DNA of 64,000 bases from an uncultured bacterium (GCA_963977015.1 CAXBMO010000004.1:96001-160000); one strand, 5' to 3'. Shown: positions 18,639-29,208, numbered from the stretch's first letter. Made by a program: numbers and translations. Notes: generated by a model not told the origin, from the sequence alone.

Positions 18639-21600
18639 TGGACGCCAAAAAAGTACTTCTCATCGGCTGGGACGCCGCCGATTGGCGAGTGATCCATCCT
18701 CTCGTCGATCAGGGCAAAATGCCCGCAATGGAGCATTTCATCAATCACGGGGTGATTGGGGATCTGGCCACGTTGCAGCCCGTCCTGTCACCGATGCTCT
18801 GGACCTCGATCGCCACCGGTAAGCGCCCCTACAAACACGGCGTTCATGGCTTTACGGAACCCGACCCGGTAACGGGCGGGATTCGCCCCGTTACCAATTT
18901 ATCGCGCAACACCAAAGCGATTTGGAACATCCTGAACCAGCAGGGTCTGAAATCGAACGTGGTCGGCTGGTGGCCTTCGAATCCGGCAGAGCCCATCAAC
19001 GGCGTGATGGTGAGCAACGATTATCAACGCGCAGGTGCCAACACGACGGCGGACAATTGGCCGATGAAACCGGGCACGGTGCATCCAGAGCGCCTGGAGG
19101 AGACCTTGAAAGCTCTCCGTCGCCATCCCACAACCCTAAGCAACGGCGATATCGCGTTCTTCCTGCCGGAGGTGTTGCAGCTAAGCAAAAAGGAAGTGGA
19201 GAAGGTCAACGACGATCCGCGCCTGCAATCACTCTGCAGCATTATTGGCGATACCTTCACCATTCACGAAGCGGCGCAGCATCTCTTCGACCACGAGCCG
19301 TGGGATTTCATGGCGGTTTACTATGACGCGATCGATCACTTCGGTCACGGGTTCATGAAATACCATCCACCGAAGCGGCCCTGGATCAGCGACGAGGATT
19401 TTCGGTTGTATCAACACGTGATTGAAGCGGGCTACCGGCTGCATGACAACATCCTGGGCATGTTCCTGGAGAAGATTGACCCGGTCAATACGACGGTCCT
19501 GTTGATTTCCGATCACGGCTTTCACCCGGATCACCTGCGGCCCTGGACCCTGCCCAAGGAACCGGCCGGACCGGCGGCGGAACATCGCGATTTCGGAATC
19601 TTCGGGGCTTACGGACCAGGCTTGAAGCAGGACGCCTTGATTTCCGGCGCCAGCCTGCTGGATGTTTGCCCAACAATTCTCAACTTGTTCGATCTGCCGG
19701 TGGGCGAAGACATGGACGGCAGACCCCTGACCGAACTCCACAGCGTTGAACCCGAGGTGAGGTGGATTCCGAGTTGGGATGAAGTGCATGAGGGCAACCC
19801 GGGAACACATTCGCCGGACAAGCAAATCGCGCCCACCGACTCAAAGGCCTCGATCGATCAATTGGTGGCGCTGGGCTACATCGAAAAGCCGGCGGAGGAT
19901 ATGGCCCAGGCGATTGAGGAAACGGTGCGCGAGCTGAACTACAACCTGGCTGGAGCCCACATCGACGGAGGGAATTATCGCGAAGCGGCGGATCTGCTTC
20001 AGGGTTTGTATGAGCGCTGGCCGGAGGAGCACCGGTTCGGGATCAAGCTGGCGACGTGTTACCGGGCGCTGCGCAAGCTGGATGAGTTGGGCGAACTGAT
20101 CGAAGGGCTGCTGCAGCGCCGGATCGAGGAAGCGGAGACGGCGAAGGAGGGGTTGCAGAGGTTGCGGCGGAAAATGCTGTTGGATCGGTATCGATTGGTG
20201 CGGCGGAAGCTATTTTCAGGAAACCGTCGGGAGGCAAAACTGAACCGGCGGCGTCTTGGACGCAGAAAAATGGTGCGGGGGCCGTTCGTGGAACTGCGGG
20301 TGCAGCGTCGTCAGCAGATGCAGCGCAAGGTTGCGATGAAACAACGCAGGCGACAGGGGGAACTCCGTGAATTGAACGCCCGGGCCTTTCCGAATCTGTT
20401 CAGTCTGCAGCACCTCGCGGCTTGGGCGGACCTCGCCAATCGCAAACCCAGGGAAGCGTTGGAGAAGCTGCGCGAGGCGGATGAGGAGCACGCGCACCGC
20501 CCTGAGTTGCACAACTTGCGCGGCCAAATTTATCTGGGACTGGGCGATACGGAATCCGCGCGCGAAAGTTTTGCCGAAGCCGATAAGCACGACCCGGGCA
20601 ACCCGCAGGCCAAGATGGGTTTGTGCCGATGTGCGTTGCGCGAGAAGATCCACGACGCCGCCATCGAGCATGCCCTCGCATCCCTCGCCAAGAACTACGA
20701 TCAACCCTGGGGGCACCAACTTCTTGGCCTAGCCTATTTCCGTTCCGGACGATACGACGAAGCTGAGCAGGCCTTCCTCACCGCCGCGAGCCAGAGCACT
20801 TGTTTTCCAGCGCCCTGGCGAATGCTCTCCCAGCTCTATAAATTTGTGCGGAAAGACATTGCCCGAGCGGCGGAATTTCATCGCGAAGCCCTCAAGGCGC
20901 GAGCGGAGATTCGCGACTATCTGGAGGCGAAATTTGGCGCCAACGCGGAAGGTGGCAAGGATTTGCAATCCGTCTCTCAAAGCGGGGGCTCTGAAAGCGG
21001 ATTGCAAATCCACTCCACGCCCCCGCGCACCACGTTCACGACCGATGTTTCGGTGCTGGATGGCGTCCCGGATTCGGAGATGATCACGATCGTGAGCGGT
21101 CTGCCGCGTTCGGGAACCTCGATGCTCATGCAGATGCTCGATGCCGGCGGAATTCCCGCGTTGACCGATGCGAGGCGCAAGGCCGACGAATCCAACCCAC
21201 GGGGCTATTACGAGTACGAACCGGCCACTCAACTGCAGCGCAACAGGAACTGGGTGCCGGAGGCGAAAGGCAAAGCGGTCAAGGTCGTCGCGCAGTTGTT
21301 GCCGTTCCTGCCGTCGACGGATGAGAATGGTGAAAAGCTGCACTACCGCGTTCTCTTTCTCGATCGGGATTTGAACGAGATTCTGGCTTCACAACACAAA
21401 ATGCTGGAGCGGGAGCAACGGCTCGACCACGGAGGACAGGGAGATCTGGCAAGCGCCTTCCGGCATCAGCTGGCGAAGGTGCGGGAGGTTTTGAACGAAC
21501 GCGAGATTCCGGCTTTGGAGGTGCAGTACGCAGCCACCGTTTCCAATCCGGCCGAGGCGGCGTCAATCCTAAACCGGTTCCTTGGGAATGAGCTCAACAA

Positions 21601-21685
21601 GGTCGCCATGGAAGAGACCGTCGACCGGAACCTCTATCGCAACGTGATGGCTCCATGCTCCGGAACCATTGGGGTCAATCTGTAG
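18638..21685 (+). CDS. Fusion protein: alkaline-phosphatase/phosphodiesterase domain + TPR + sulfotransferase domain (~1015 aa)
   Basis: ATG overlaps the autotransporter stop (TGATG). KVLLIGWDAAD, LSPMLWTSIATG, DHFGH and SDHGF (AlkP); TPR helices; IVSGLPRSGTS PAPS-binding loop and NPRGYYE. Confidence 0.88.
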   Translation: MDAKKVLLIGWDAADWRVIHPLVDQGKMPAMEHFINHGVIGDLATLQPVLSPMLWTSIATGKRPYKHGVHGFTEPDPVTGGIRPVTNLSRNTKAIWNILNQQGLKSNVVGWWPSNPAEPINGVMVSNDYQRAGANTTADNWPMKPGTVHPERLEETLKALRRHPTTLSNGDIAFFLPEVLQLSKKEVEKVNDDPRLQSLCSIIGDTFTIHEAAQHLFDHEPWDFMAVYYDAIDHFGHGFMKYHPPKRPWISDEDFRLYQHVIEAGYRLHDNILGMFLEKIDPVNTTVLLISDHGFHPDHLRPWTLPKEPAGPAAEHRDFGIFGAYGPGLKQDALISGASLLDVCPTILNLFDLPVGEDMDGRPLTELHSVEPEVRWIPSWDEVHEGNPGTHSPDKQIAPTDSKASIDQLVALGYIEKPAEDMAQAIEETVRELNYNLAGAHIDGGNYREAADLLQGLYERWPEEHRFGIKLATCYRALRKLDELGELIEGLLQRRIEEAETAKEGLQRLRRKMLLDRYRLVRRKLFSGNRREAKLNRRRLGRRKMVRGPFVELRVQRRQQMQRKVAMKQRRRQGELRELNARAFPNLFSLQHLAAWADLANRKPREALEKLREADEEHAHRPELHNLRGQIYLGLGDTESARESFAEADKHDPGNPQAKMGLCRCALREKIHDAAIEHALASLAKNYDQPWGHQLLGLAYFRSGRYDEAEQAFLTAASQSTCFPAPWRMLSQLYKFVRKDIARAAEFHREALKARAEIRDYLEAKFGANAEGGKDLQSVSQSGGSESGLQIHSTPPRTTFTTDVSVLDGVPDSEMITIVSGLPRSGTSMLMQMLDAGGIPALTDARRKADESNPRGYYEYEPATQLQRNRNWVPEAKGKAVKVVAQLLPFLPSTDENGEKLHYRVLFLDRDLNEILASQHKMLEREQRLDHGGQGDLASAFRHQLAKVREVLNEREIPALEVQYAATVSNPAEAASILNRFLGNELNKVAMEETVDRNLYRNVMAPCSGTIGVNL

Positions 21686-21712
21686 CCAATGAAAACCTCA
21701 GATCGCCATGCC

Positions 21713-23116
21713 TCATCGGTGGTATCCGAAGTAGCCGCGTTCCTTGATGACGCTGGCGACTTCGGGCGGAACCATCGACTCCCATGAGGAATCATTCTTC
21801 GCAATCTTCGCGAGAACATCCCGGGAGAAGACCTGTAGACAGCTGTCGTCGTGGTCGTGCAGTTGTTCGATGCAGCCGCGATCGATGAGGTAGCCGTACA
21901 ACTTCTGCAGATCTTCGGCAATCTCCAGATTATCAATGGTGACGAGTTCGCCGTTCGCACTGTCTTTCAGCGGATAGATGTAAAGCTTGAGGTCGCCCTT
22001 AAACAAGCGGCCGAACGATTCGAGAATCCCACCTTCGAGTTCGGTATAGTATTTTTCGTCGAACAGTTCGCGAAGGCTGCCGATTCCCATCGTGATTCCG
22101 ATCTTTTTCTTGGTATAACGACTGAGATAGGCAGCGAGCCTGTAATATTGAAAGTAGTCGGAGATCAGGACGGTCATTCCGGCAGCAACCAACATGTCCG
22201 CGCGAGCCAGGAAATCACGGTAATCAATCTTCCCGCTCGCCATCAGGTTCTTCATGGTGATCTCCATGATCTGGATCGCAGAATCCTCCTCGACGCCCGG
22301 CTCCTGAAGAAACCGTTCGTAAGCGCAGCGCATGATGTCGATGTTCGCGTTGCAGACTGGGCGGAAACTGCCTCGCTCAACCAGAACGGACTTTTTGCGG
22401 AGCGCTTCCGACGGTTGCAGCACTTCTCCATTCGCGCCGAACATCGCCGCATTGGTCAGCCCCAACTGCACAAGGTGGAGACTCATCAGCCGGTTGTCGA
22501 CGTGCCGGAACTCGATCCCGTTGAACTCGATCATATCGACCTCGAGCCGGGCCGTGGTCAGGTTGTCGAGCAGCGACTCAATCAGCCGATCCGGGCTATG
22601 GTGCAACATGCAGGCCCCGTAGACCAGGTTGACGCCAACAATCCCAAGCGCCTCTTGCTGAAGCGCGTTGGTCTTATCCAGCATCCGAACATGAATGATA
22701 ATCTGGCTGCTTTCATCACGAGGATGCGCTTGAAAACGGACTCCGAGCCAGCCGTGGCACTCATTGGTGCCGTGATAGTTGCGAGCTGAAACCGTATCCG
22801 CAAACGAGAAGAAGGCCGTGGTATCTCCGCGTTCCTTGCGAAGGCGCTCCATGTTCAGGCTCTGCTCGTATTCGAGCATGCTTTCCAGCCGAGCCCGGCA
22901 GACATAACGATCGCACTTCCCGTAGATGGCATCGCTGACCTTCATGTCGTAGGCCGAAATGCTCTTGGCAATGGTGCCGGCGGCGCCTCCGGCATGGAAG
23001 AACCAACGAACGACTTCCTGTCCGGCCCCGATTTCAGCAAAGGTCCCATAACGCCTGGGATCCAGGTTCACCTGCAAGGCTTTATCCCGAGTTGAAAGCT
23101 TCTGAGTCTCGGCCAT
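21713..23116 (-). CDS. Conserved protein with degenerate nucleotidyltransferase-like C-terminus (NMN/NaMN adenylyltransferase-like)
   Basis: YGTFAEIGAGQEV N-terminus, ERGSFRPV, and SRDVL...W..MVP.EV...IK..GYFGY C-terminus resembling NadD-like folds. Confidence 0.6.
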   Translation of the reverse strand: MAETQKLSTRDKALQVNLDPRRYGTFAEIGAGQEVVRWFFHAGGAAGTIAKSISAYDMKVSDAIYGKCDRYVCRARLESMLEYEQSLNMERLRKERGDTTAFFSFADTVSARNYHGTNECHGWLGVRFQAHPRDESSQIIIHVRMLDKTNALQQEALGIVGVNLVYGACMLHHSPDRLIESLLDNLTTARLEVDMIEFNGIEFRHVDNRLMSLHLVQLGLTNAAMFGANGEVLQPSEALRKKSVLVERGSFRPVCNANIDIMRCAYERFLQEPGVEEDSAIQIMEITMKNLMASGKIDYRDFLARADMLVAAGMTVLISDYFQYYRLAAYLSRYTKKKIGITMGIGSLRELFDEKYYTELEGGILESFGRLFKGDLKLYIYPLKDSANGELVTIDNLEIAEDLQKLYGYLIDRGCIEQLHDHDDSCLQVFSRDVLAKIAKNDSSWESMVPPEVASVIKERGYFGYHR

Positions 23117-23140
23117 TGGAAAGGATTATCGTTAGGGAGA

Positions 23141-23186
23141 AACAAAAACCGGCGTGAGCGCCACAGCTGGCACTCACGCCGGAAAA
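23141..23186 (-). terminator. Intrinsic terminator after glutamine synthetase
   Basis: CCGGCGTGAG / CTCACGCCGG perfect 10-bp stem plus inner pairing, followed by TTTTTGTT on the minus strand. Confidence 0.8.
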
Positions 23187-23200
23187 CACGCGGCTAATAC

Positions 23201-25354
23201 TTACTTAATGAAAAGCATTTCCTGATAGGTCGGAAGCGGCCAGAGATCGTCGGCAACGATGCCTTCAAGCTCATCCGCAATTCCTCGAACCTTCAGCATT
23301 GCTGGCAAAACTCCATGCGCCCAATCATTGATGGAGCTGGCAGATTTGTGAGCTTTCTCCAGTGCGGCGATCGAAGACTCCAAACTCGCCACTTTTCCGG
23401 CGAGGGTCTTGATGGAAGTCGTCTCAGGCTTCACACCGGCAGCTTTGGTCTTCGTCGCGGTGTCAGCCAATTCGCCGAGATAACGGACGGCGGCAGGAAG
23501 AATCATGGTCTTGGCCATTTCAGTCACCAGGTTGGCTTCGACGTTCACCACCGCCTCGTACTGCTCGATGTAGATCTCTTCGCGGCTGTGAAGCTCGCGG
23601 GAGGTGAGCACTTCGTATTTCTCGAAGAGTTCGATCGTCTTGGGATCCACAATCTGAGGAAGCGCCTCAGCTGAAGTCTTGAGGTTCGGCAATCCGCGCT
23701 CGGCGGCTTCTTTGTGCCACTCTTCAGAGTAACCGTCGCCATTGAAGATAATGTTGCCATGCTCATCGATGATTTCCTTCAGAAGCGTTTGGATCTCTGA
23801 ATTCAAATCCGCAGCACCTTCCAATCGTGATGCCATGTAGTCGAGAGACTCACAAACGATGGTGTTCATCGCAACCAACGCACCTGAAATCGACATGTTG
23901 GAACCGACTGCGCGGAACTCAAAGCGGTTTCCGGTAAAGGCGAACGGGCTGGTCCGGTTCCGGTCACCCGCGTCTTTCGGAAGTTCAGGCAAGGAATCAA
24001 CGCCAATGTTGAGAACGCCCTTCGACTTGGAAGTCGTCGCGCCACCGCCTTTGATTTGATCAAAAACGTCGCCGAGTTGGTCACCGAGGAAGATCGAAAT
24101 AATCGCCGGAGGAGCTTCGTTGGCACCCAAGCGGTGATCGTTTCCAGCGGAAGCAACCACAGCGCGCAAGAGTTTCGAATGCATGCTGACCGCGCGGATC
24201 ACGGCACCACAGAAGACGAGGAATTGCGCATTCTCGTGAGGCGTATCACCGGGATCAAGCAGATTGCCCTGGGTTGAGTTGCCGAGTGACCAGTTCACAT
24301 GCTTACCGGATCCGTTAAGACCCGCAAATGGCTTCTCGTGCATGATACAAGCCATTCCGTGACGATCGGCAACCTTCTTGAGAATGGTCATCACCAATTG
24401 CTGGTGATCAGAAGCGACGTTTGCACTTTCGAAAACCGGAGCGATCTCAAACTGGCCGGGAGCAACCTCGTTGTGACGAGTCTTGGACGGAATGCCCAAT
24501 TTGAAGAGTTCGCGATCAACCTCATACATGAAGGACATCACGCGATCAGGAATCACGCCAAAGTAGTGGTCGTCGAATTCCTGGCCTTTCGGGGAAGCAG
24601 CTCCAAAAAGAGTTCTTCCTGAACTGAGGAGATCAGGACGGGCGTAGAAGAAGGCCTTGTCGATCAGGAAGTATTCCTGCTCTGGTCCCGCGCTCGATGA
24701 AACTCGGGAAATGGTTTCGTGCCCAAAAATCTTCAGAATACGGCGGGCTTGTTTGTCCACCGCCTGCATCGATTTGAGAACGGGCGTCTTCTTATCGAGA
24801 GCTTCTCCGGTCCAGGAAACAAACGATGTGGGAATGCACAACGTGGTTCCGTAAGGATTCTCCATGATGTAGGCAGGGCTCGTTGGATCCCATGCGGTAT
24901 ATCCACGAGCGGTGTGCGTGGCGCGGATCCCACCATTCGGGAAGGATGACGCATCGGGCTCACCTTGGATCAGGGTCTTCCCCTTGAACTTGGAAATCGC
25001 GGATGCACCGTCTTTGCCGGGATCGTAGAAACTATCGTGTTTCTCGGCCGTGTATCCAGTCAACGGATAGAAGACGTGGGTAAAGTGGGTCGCTCCGCGT
25101 GACAGGGCCCACTGTCTCATTGCTTCCGCCACCTCATCGGCCACCGAACTATCGAGTTTCGTACCACTCTCGATGGTACTCATCAGGCTTTCGTAAGTGG
25201 CAGGACTTAGCACTTGCTTCATCAAGGCCAGACTAAAGGTATTGGACCCAAACAACTCCGCAGACGGTGATGTTTCGAATTGATACGATTCTGGAGTAGG
25301 GTCTGCGTTGATGATTTTCGAGATTGCTTCGAGCCTTGGCGAGCTTGCTTTCAT
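23201..25354 (-). CDS. glnA: Glutamine synthetase type III
   Basis: [77 protein letters not shown] and WPLPTY; ~717 aa. Confidence 0.96.
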   Translation of the reverse strand: MKASSPRLEAISKIINADPTPESYQFETSPSAELFGSNTFSLALMKQVLSPATYESLMSTIESGTKLDSSVADEVAEAMRQWALSRGATHFTHVFYPLTGYTAEKHDSFYDPGKDGASAISKFKGKTLIQGEPDASSFPNGGIRATHTARGYTAWDPTSPAYIMENPYGTTLCIPTSFVSWTGEALDKKTPVLKSMQAVDKQARRILKIFGHETISRVSSSAGPEQEYFLIDKAFFYARPDLLSSGRTLFGAASPKGQEFDDHYFGVIPDRVMSFMYEVDRELFKLGIPSKTRHNEVAPGQFEIAPVFESANVASDHQQLVMTILKKVADRHGMACIMHEKPFAGLNGSGKHVNWSLGNSTQGNLLDPGDTPHENAQFLVFCGAVIRAVSMHSKLLRAVVASAGNDHRLGANEAPPAIISIFLGDQLGDVFDQIKGGGATTSKSKGVLNIGVDSLPELPKDAGDRNRTSPFAFTGNRFEFRAVGSNMSISGALVAMNTIVCESLDYMASRLEGAADLNSEIQTLLKEIIDEHGNIIFNGDGYSEEWHKEAAERGLPNLKTSAEALPQIVDPKTIELFEKYEVLTSRELHSREEIYIEQYEAVVNVEANLVTEMAKTMILPAAVRYLGELADTATKTKAAGVKPETTSIKTLAGKVASLESSIAALEKAHKSASSINDWAHGVLPAMLKVRGIADELEGIVADDLWPLPTYQEMLFIK

Positions 25355-25398
25355 AGATTCAGTGATAGAGGTGTTTGATATTGTGGAATCCAGCAATA

Positions 25399-25415
25399 AG
25401 CATTTCTTAGGCCAA
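25399..25415 (-). promoter_or_regulatory. Putative sigma-54 (-24/-12) promoter of glnA
   Basis: Minus strand TTGGCCTAAGAAATGCT has exact GG-N10-GC spacing, 45 bp upstream of the ATG at 25354. Confidence 0.55.
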
Positions 25416-25475
25416 CCTGCTTGAAAAATTGAAAAAAATTCGTTTAACCAACTTCAACCCAACCATTCTCTCTTC

Positions 25476-26288
25476 GTGATTGTTTCTCTATCTCCCTTTC
25501 ACAAAGCCGAAATCGATGCCGATCTGATTCCCTTCTTCGAAGATCCGCCCACCCGCGATCTCGTGATCCGAACCGTTTCGCGCAAGCTCGCCAACGATCA
25601 GCCCCTGATCCAAGGGGATATGGTGCTGGCCGGACAAGAGACGAGAGACAAGCATCCGATGGCTCGGGAATATCCGGTTCATTTTCGTAAAACCTACTAC
25701 CCCACCGCATTCCACCCGCCACCGGAACGCGAATACCGCCACCACGAGAATGCGGCGAAAATCCTCGAACTACCACCTCCGATCGGATTTTCGCGCAATA
25801 GCTTTCGCAGTTGCTTCATCCCGGGCAAGCCGCTTTCGATTCTCACCTCGTTAGGCGTGGAACCCGTCGAACGAAACATCTCTCTGGCTCGCGAACTCGA
25901 ATCCACCTATCTGATCGGCCTCTGGCATATGCTGGAGTCCGTATTTGAGGAAGTCCAACTCCTCCATCAAGCGGGGATGGCTCACGGTGATCTTTTTCTG
26001 CACAACGTCATCGTCTCCCTCTCACCCATCAAAGTCTTTCTGATCGATTTTGAACAGTGCGTGGAAATGAACAGTTTGCCGGCGAACAAAACGTGGGATC
26101 AAGTCTGCAAGGCGGACGAAGACGAGATTCTGAAGCAAGCCGTCTTTGTTCAGTGCGCGTTAGGCGAACAGAGCGGCAAGCTCGCGAAACGAAGCCGGGA
26201 ACGCCTCCCGGACCTCTTCGAATCACAAGCGGAGAAGTTCGAAAAAGCAATGAAGCTCGCCGCTACTTCGCAAACACCGGCGCGGTAG
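25476..26288 (+). CDS. Protein-kinase-like fold protein
   Basis: LHQAGMAHGDLFLHNVIV catalytic loop and FLIDFE motif. Confidence 0.7.
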   Translation: MIVSLSPFHKAEIDADLIPFFEDPPTRDLVIRTVSRKLANDQPLIQGDMVLAGQETRDKHPMAREYPVHFRKTYYPTAFHPPPEREYRHHENAAKILELPPPIGFSRNSFRSCFIPGKPLSILTSLGVEPVERNISLARELESTYLIGLWHMLESVFEEVQLLHQAGMAHGDLFLHNVIVSLSPIKVFLIDFEQCVEMNSLPANKTWDQVCKADEDEILKQAVFVQCALGEQSGKLAKRSRERLPDLFESQAEKFEKAMKLAATSQTPAR

Positions 26289-29043
26289 GAACCGCGACCG
26301 CTTTGGATGGCTCCGCCGCATCTCCCGACAGCACTTTTTCCACATCAACGGACGTCACTTTGTACTCCGGGCAGAGCGTGTCATCGCAATGCTCATCACT
26401 CGTGACGTTGTTCACCATGTGTTCAGGAAAGTGGAACGTGGTGTAGAGAATGCCCGGTTTCACCTCGTCACTCACCATCGCTTCCAACTCGACTTCGCCG
26501 CGTGCGGAAAAAACTCGAACGATGTCCCCAGTCTCAATGCCCTTCTTCGTGGCATCCACCGGGTTGATCGCTAGAACGTCCTTACTGACGATCTCGCGGT
26601 TCCCGGTGCGGCGGGTCATCGTGCCACAGTTGTAATGCTCCAAAAGCCGACCGGTGGTGAGAATGAAAGGGAATTCGTCACGATTGGCCAGAAGCTCCTT
26701 GGATTCTTCCCATTTGAAGAAGTGGAACCGTCCAAGCCCGCGCTTGAACTCATGGATGTGAAGTAGCGGCGTGTCGCTACCGTCAGGCTTGATCGGCCAC
26801 TGTTTGCCGTTGTCGCCCAACTCATCCCACTTCGCCCCGGCAAAGAACGGCACCACCTGGGAAATCTCTTCCAGCATGCCTTCCGGGGTGTAATCCGGTT
26901 GGGGATACCCCATCCGATTCATGATCTCGACGATGATCTGTCCGTCCGGTTTGGTTCCCTCCAACGGCTCGACGGTCGCCTGAACCCGCTGCACGCGTCG
27001 CTCGGCATTCGTGAACGTTCCCGACTTCTCGAGAAAGCTCGCCGCCGGCAAAATCACGTTTGCGAATTTCGCCGTCTCCGTCATGAAAATTTCCTGCACG
27101 ACCAGAAAGTCGAGCGCGTTCATCGCAGCCTTCACCGCTTCGGAGTTGGGGTCGGTTTGCACCACATCCTCACCCATGAGCCACAATGCCTTCAGATCTC
27201 CGGACCGGGCGGCCTCGAACATCTGCGGAATTTTCAGCCCGATCTCGTCGGACATTTTCATCCCGTAAAACTTTTCATACATCGCGTGCATCTCGGGATC
27301 GTTCACCGCCATGTAACCCGCTCCCTGGTGCGGTTGGCACCCCATGTCCGCCGCTCCCTGCACGTTGTTCTGACCGCGCAACGGATTCACCCCGCAACCG
27401 GGACGCCCGATATTCCCCGTCATCATCGCCAGGTTTGCGATCATCATCACCGTCTTAGCTCCCTGGCTATGCTCCGTGACTCCGAGTCCGTGGAACTCCA
27501 TCGCAGCCTCCGCGCTGGCATAGTCAACCGCCGCCGCTTTCACCGCTTCGCGATCCACACCGTGAATCTTCTCCAACTCATCGAGATCCAGGGCCTTCAG
27601 CCCCGCTTCAAACTCGTCCCAATTTTCGCACCGCGTCTTGATGAACTCGTCATCAACCAGTCCGGCTTCCCAAATGTAGTAACTGAACATGCTCAGCAGA
27701 GCCACATTCGTCCCGGGCCGAAGCTGCAGGTGATGTTTCGCATACGGCTCAATTTCGATCTTCCGCGGGTCGATCACGATCCCGGTAACGCCTTTCATGA
27801 GCCGCTGCTTGATCTTCGCGCCGGTCACCGGATGTCCCTGTGTCGGGTTTGCACCAATCACCAGGATACAATCCGTAAACTCAAGATCCTCGACCGAGTT
27901 CGTCGCCGCGCCGGTTCCAAAACTCTTCTGCATTCCCCATGCGGTCGGCGAATGACAAACACGGGCACAACAATCAATGTTGTTCGTTCCAATCACGGCG
28001 CGGATGAACTTCTGCATCAGATAGTTCTCCTCGTTGGTGCACCGCGCGGAGGAAATTCCCGCAATCGAATCCGGCCCATGCTCCTTCTTGATTCGTTTCA
28101 GATTCTCCGCGATGTGGTCATACGCCTCGTCCCAGGTCGCCTCCTCAAAATGGCCGTTCGTGCGAATCATCGGCGTCCGCAAGCGATCCGGATGGTTGTA
28201 GAACTTGAACGCGTAGCGCCCCTTCAGGCAGGTATGGGCATGATTCACCTCGGCGTCGACCGGCGCCTGAATCGACAGCACCTTGTCACCCTTCGTCGCA
28301 ACTTCGAGATTGCAGCCCACCCCACAATACGTGCAGATCGTGCGGGTCTTCTTCGTCGCGACAATCCCTTTTGAAGCGAAAATATCGCTGATCGCCGAAG
28401 TCGGGCACGCCTGAGAACACGCTCCACAACTCACGCACGGCGAATCCTCAAAACTCACATCGAGCCCCTTGATGATTCGCGCCGCAAATCCACGACCATG
28501 CATGGAAAGAACATGCTGTCCCTGGATCTCGTCACAGGCCCGCACGCACCGCGAACAGTTGATGCATTTGGCCAGCTCCGACGTCATGTAGGGGTGGCTC
28601 AGATCCTTCTCATAATGCAGGTGATTTCGACCGTTCGGGTAACGAATCTGACGGACTCCCACCTTCGCGGCCACCGTCTGCAGCTCGCAATTCCCGTTCA
28701 CCTCACAAGTCAGGCAATCAGGTGGATGATCCGTCAAAACCAGCTCCACAATATTGCGGCGCAAACGCTGAATTTGCTGGCTCTGGGTAAAAATATGCAG
28801 ATTCGGCGTCAGCGGCGTGTGGCAGGCGGCCACGGTTCGGCGCGGCCCATCATCACTCAGGGCGATTTCGACCGAACACACGCGACATGCGCCATAGGGC
28901 TCCAACTGCGGCGCATCACAGAGCGTCGGCACCGCGCCGCGCCCATGATGACGGTCAATAAACTTCAGAAGCGTATCGCCGGGCTCAAATTCGAGCATTT
29001 CACCGTCCAGATACGCAGGGTTTTCAATCTTGAGGCTTACCAT
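26263..29043 (-). CDS. fdhF: Formate dehydrogenase alpha subunit (Mo/W-bisPGD, N-terminal Fe-S domains, Cys ligand)
   Basis: GACRVC 2Fe-2S, HxxDCxxC, two CxxCxxC ferredoxin motifs, CTYCGVGC, CARVCH, LRGQNNVQG and PEYK. Confidence 0.93.
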   Translation of the reverse strand: MVSLKIENPAYLDGEMLEFEPGDTLLKFIDRHHGRGAVPTLCDAPQLEPYGACRVCSVEIALSDDGPRRTVAACHTPLTPNLHIFTQSQQIQRLRRNIVELVLTDHPPDCLTCEVNGNCELQTVAAKVGVRQIRYPNGRNHLHYEKDLSHPYMTSELAKCINCSRCVRACDEIQGQHVLSMHGRGFAARIIKGLDVSFEDSPCVSCGACSQACPTSAISDIFASKGIVATKKTRTICTYCGVGCNLEVATKGDKVLSIQAPVDAEVNHAHTCLKGRYAFKFYNHPDRLRTPMIRTNGHFEEATWDEAYDHIAENLKRIKKEHGPDSIAGISSARCTNEENYLMQKFIRAVIGTNNIDCCARVCHSPTAWGMQKSFGTGAATNSVEDLEFTDCILVIGANPTQGHPVTGAKIKQRLMKGVTGIVIDPRKIEIEPYAKHHLQLRPGTNVALLSMFSYYIWEAGLVDDEFIKTRCENWDEFEAGLKALDLDELEKIHGVDREAVKAAAVDYASAEAAMEFHGLGVTEHSQGAKTVMMIANLAMMTGNIGRPGCGVNPLRGQNNVQGAADMGCQPHQGAGYMAVNDPEMHAMYEKFYGMKMSDEIGLKIPQMFEAARSGDLKALWLMGEDVVQTDPNSEAVKAAMNALDFLVVQEIFMTETAKFANVILPAASFLEKSGTFTNAERRVQRVQATVEPLEGTKPDGQIIVEIMNRMGYPQPDYTPEGMLEEISQVVPFFAGAKWDELGDNGKQWPIKPDGSDTPLLHIHEFKRGLGRFHFFKWEESKELLANRDEFPFILTTGRLLEHYNCGTMTRRTGNREIVSKDVLAINPVDATKKGIETGDIVRVFSARGEVELEAMVSDEVKPGILYTTFHFPEHMVNNVTSDEHCDDTLCPEYKVTSVDVEKVLSGDAAEPSKAVAVPTAPVFAK

Positions 29044-29070
29044 TCGAAAGGGGGATTTCTGGTAAAGAAA

Positions 29071-29099
29071 AGCCTATCGACCTGAATCCCGGCTGTCAA
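29071..29099 (-). promoter_or_regulatory. Putative sigma-70 promoter of fdhF
   Basis: Minus strand TTGACA-N17-TAGGCT ending 27 bp before the ATG. Confidence 0.55.
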
Positions 29100-29208
29100 T
29101 GCAATCACGCCTCTCTCCAAAAGCCCACTCTTCAGGCCTCACGCCAGATCGCCCGCCACCTCTTCGCCTGTTCCTGGCGCTTCCGTCACGAAGGGTGACG
29201 CAGTGCAG

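Noticed and set aside
21713-23116. TonB-dependent receptor label, which I recall being attached to this family
   Set aside because: No signal peptide, no beta-barrel pattern; looks like a cytoplasmic alpha/beta protein.
27950-27975. Selenocysteine in formate dehydrogenase
   Set aside because: The active-site codon is TGT (CARVCH) and the frame has no in-frame TGA.
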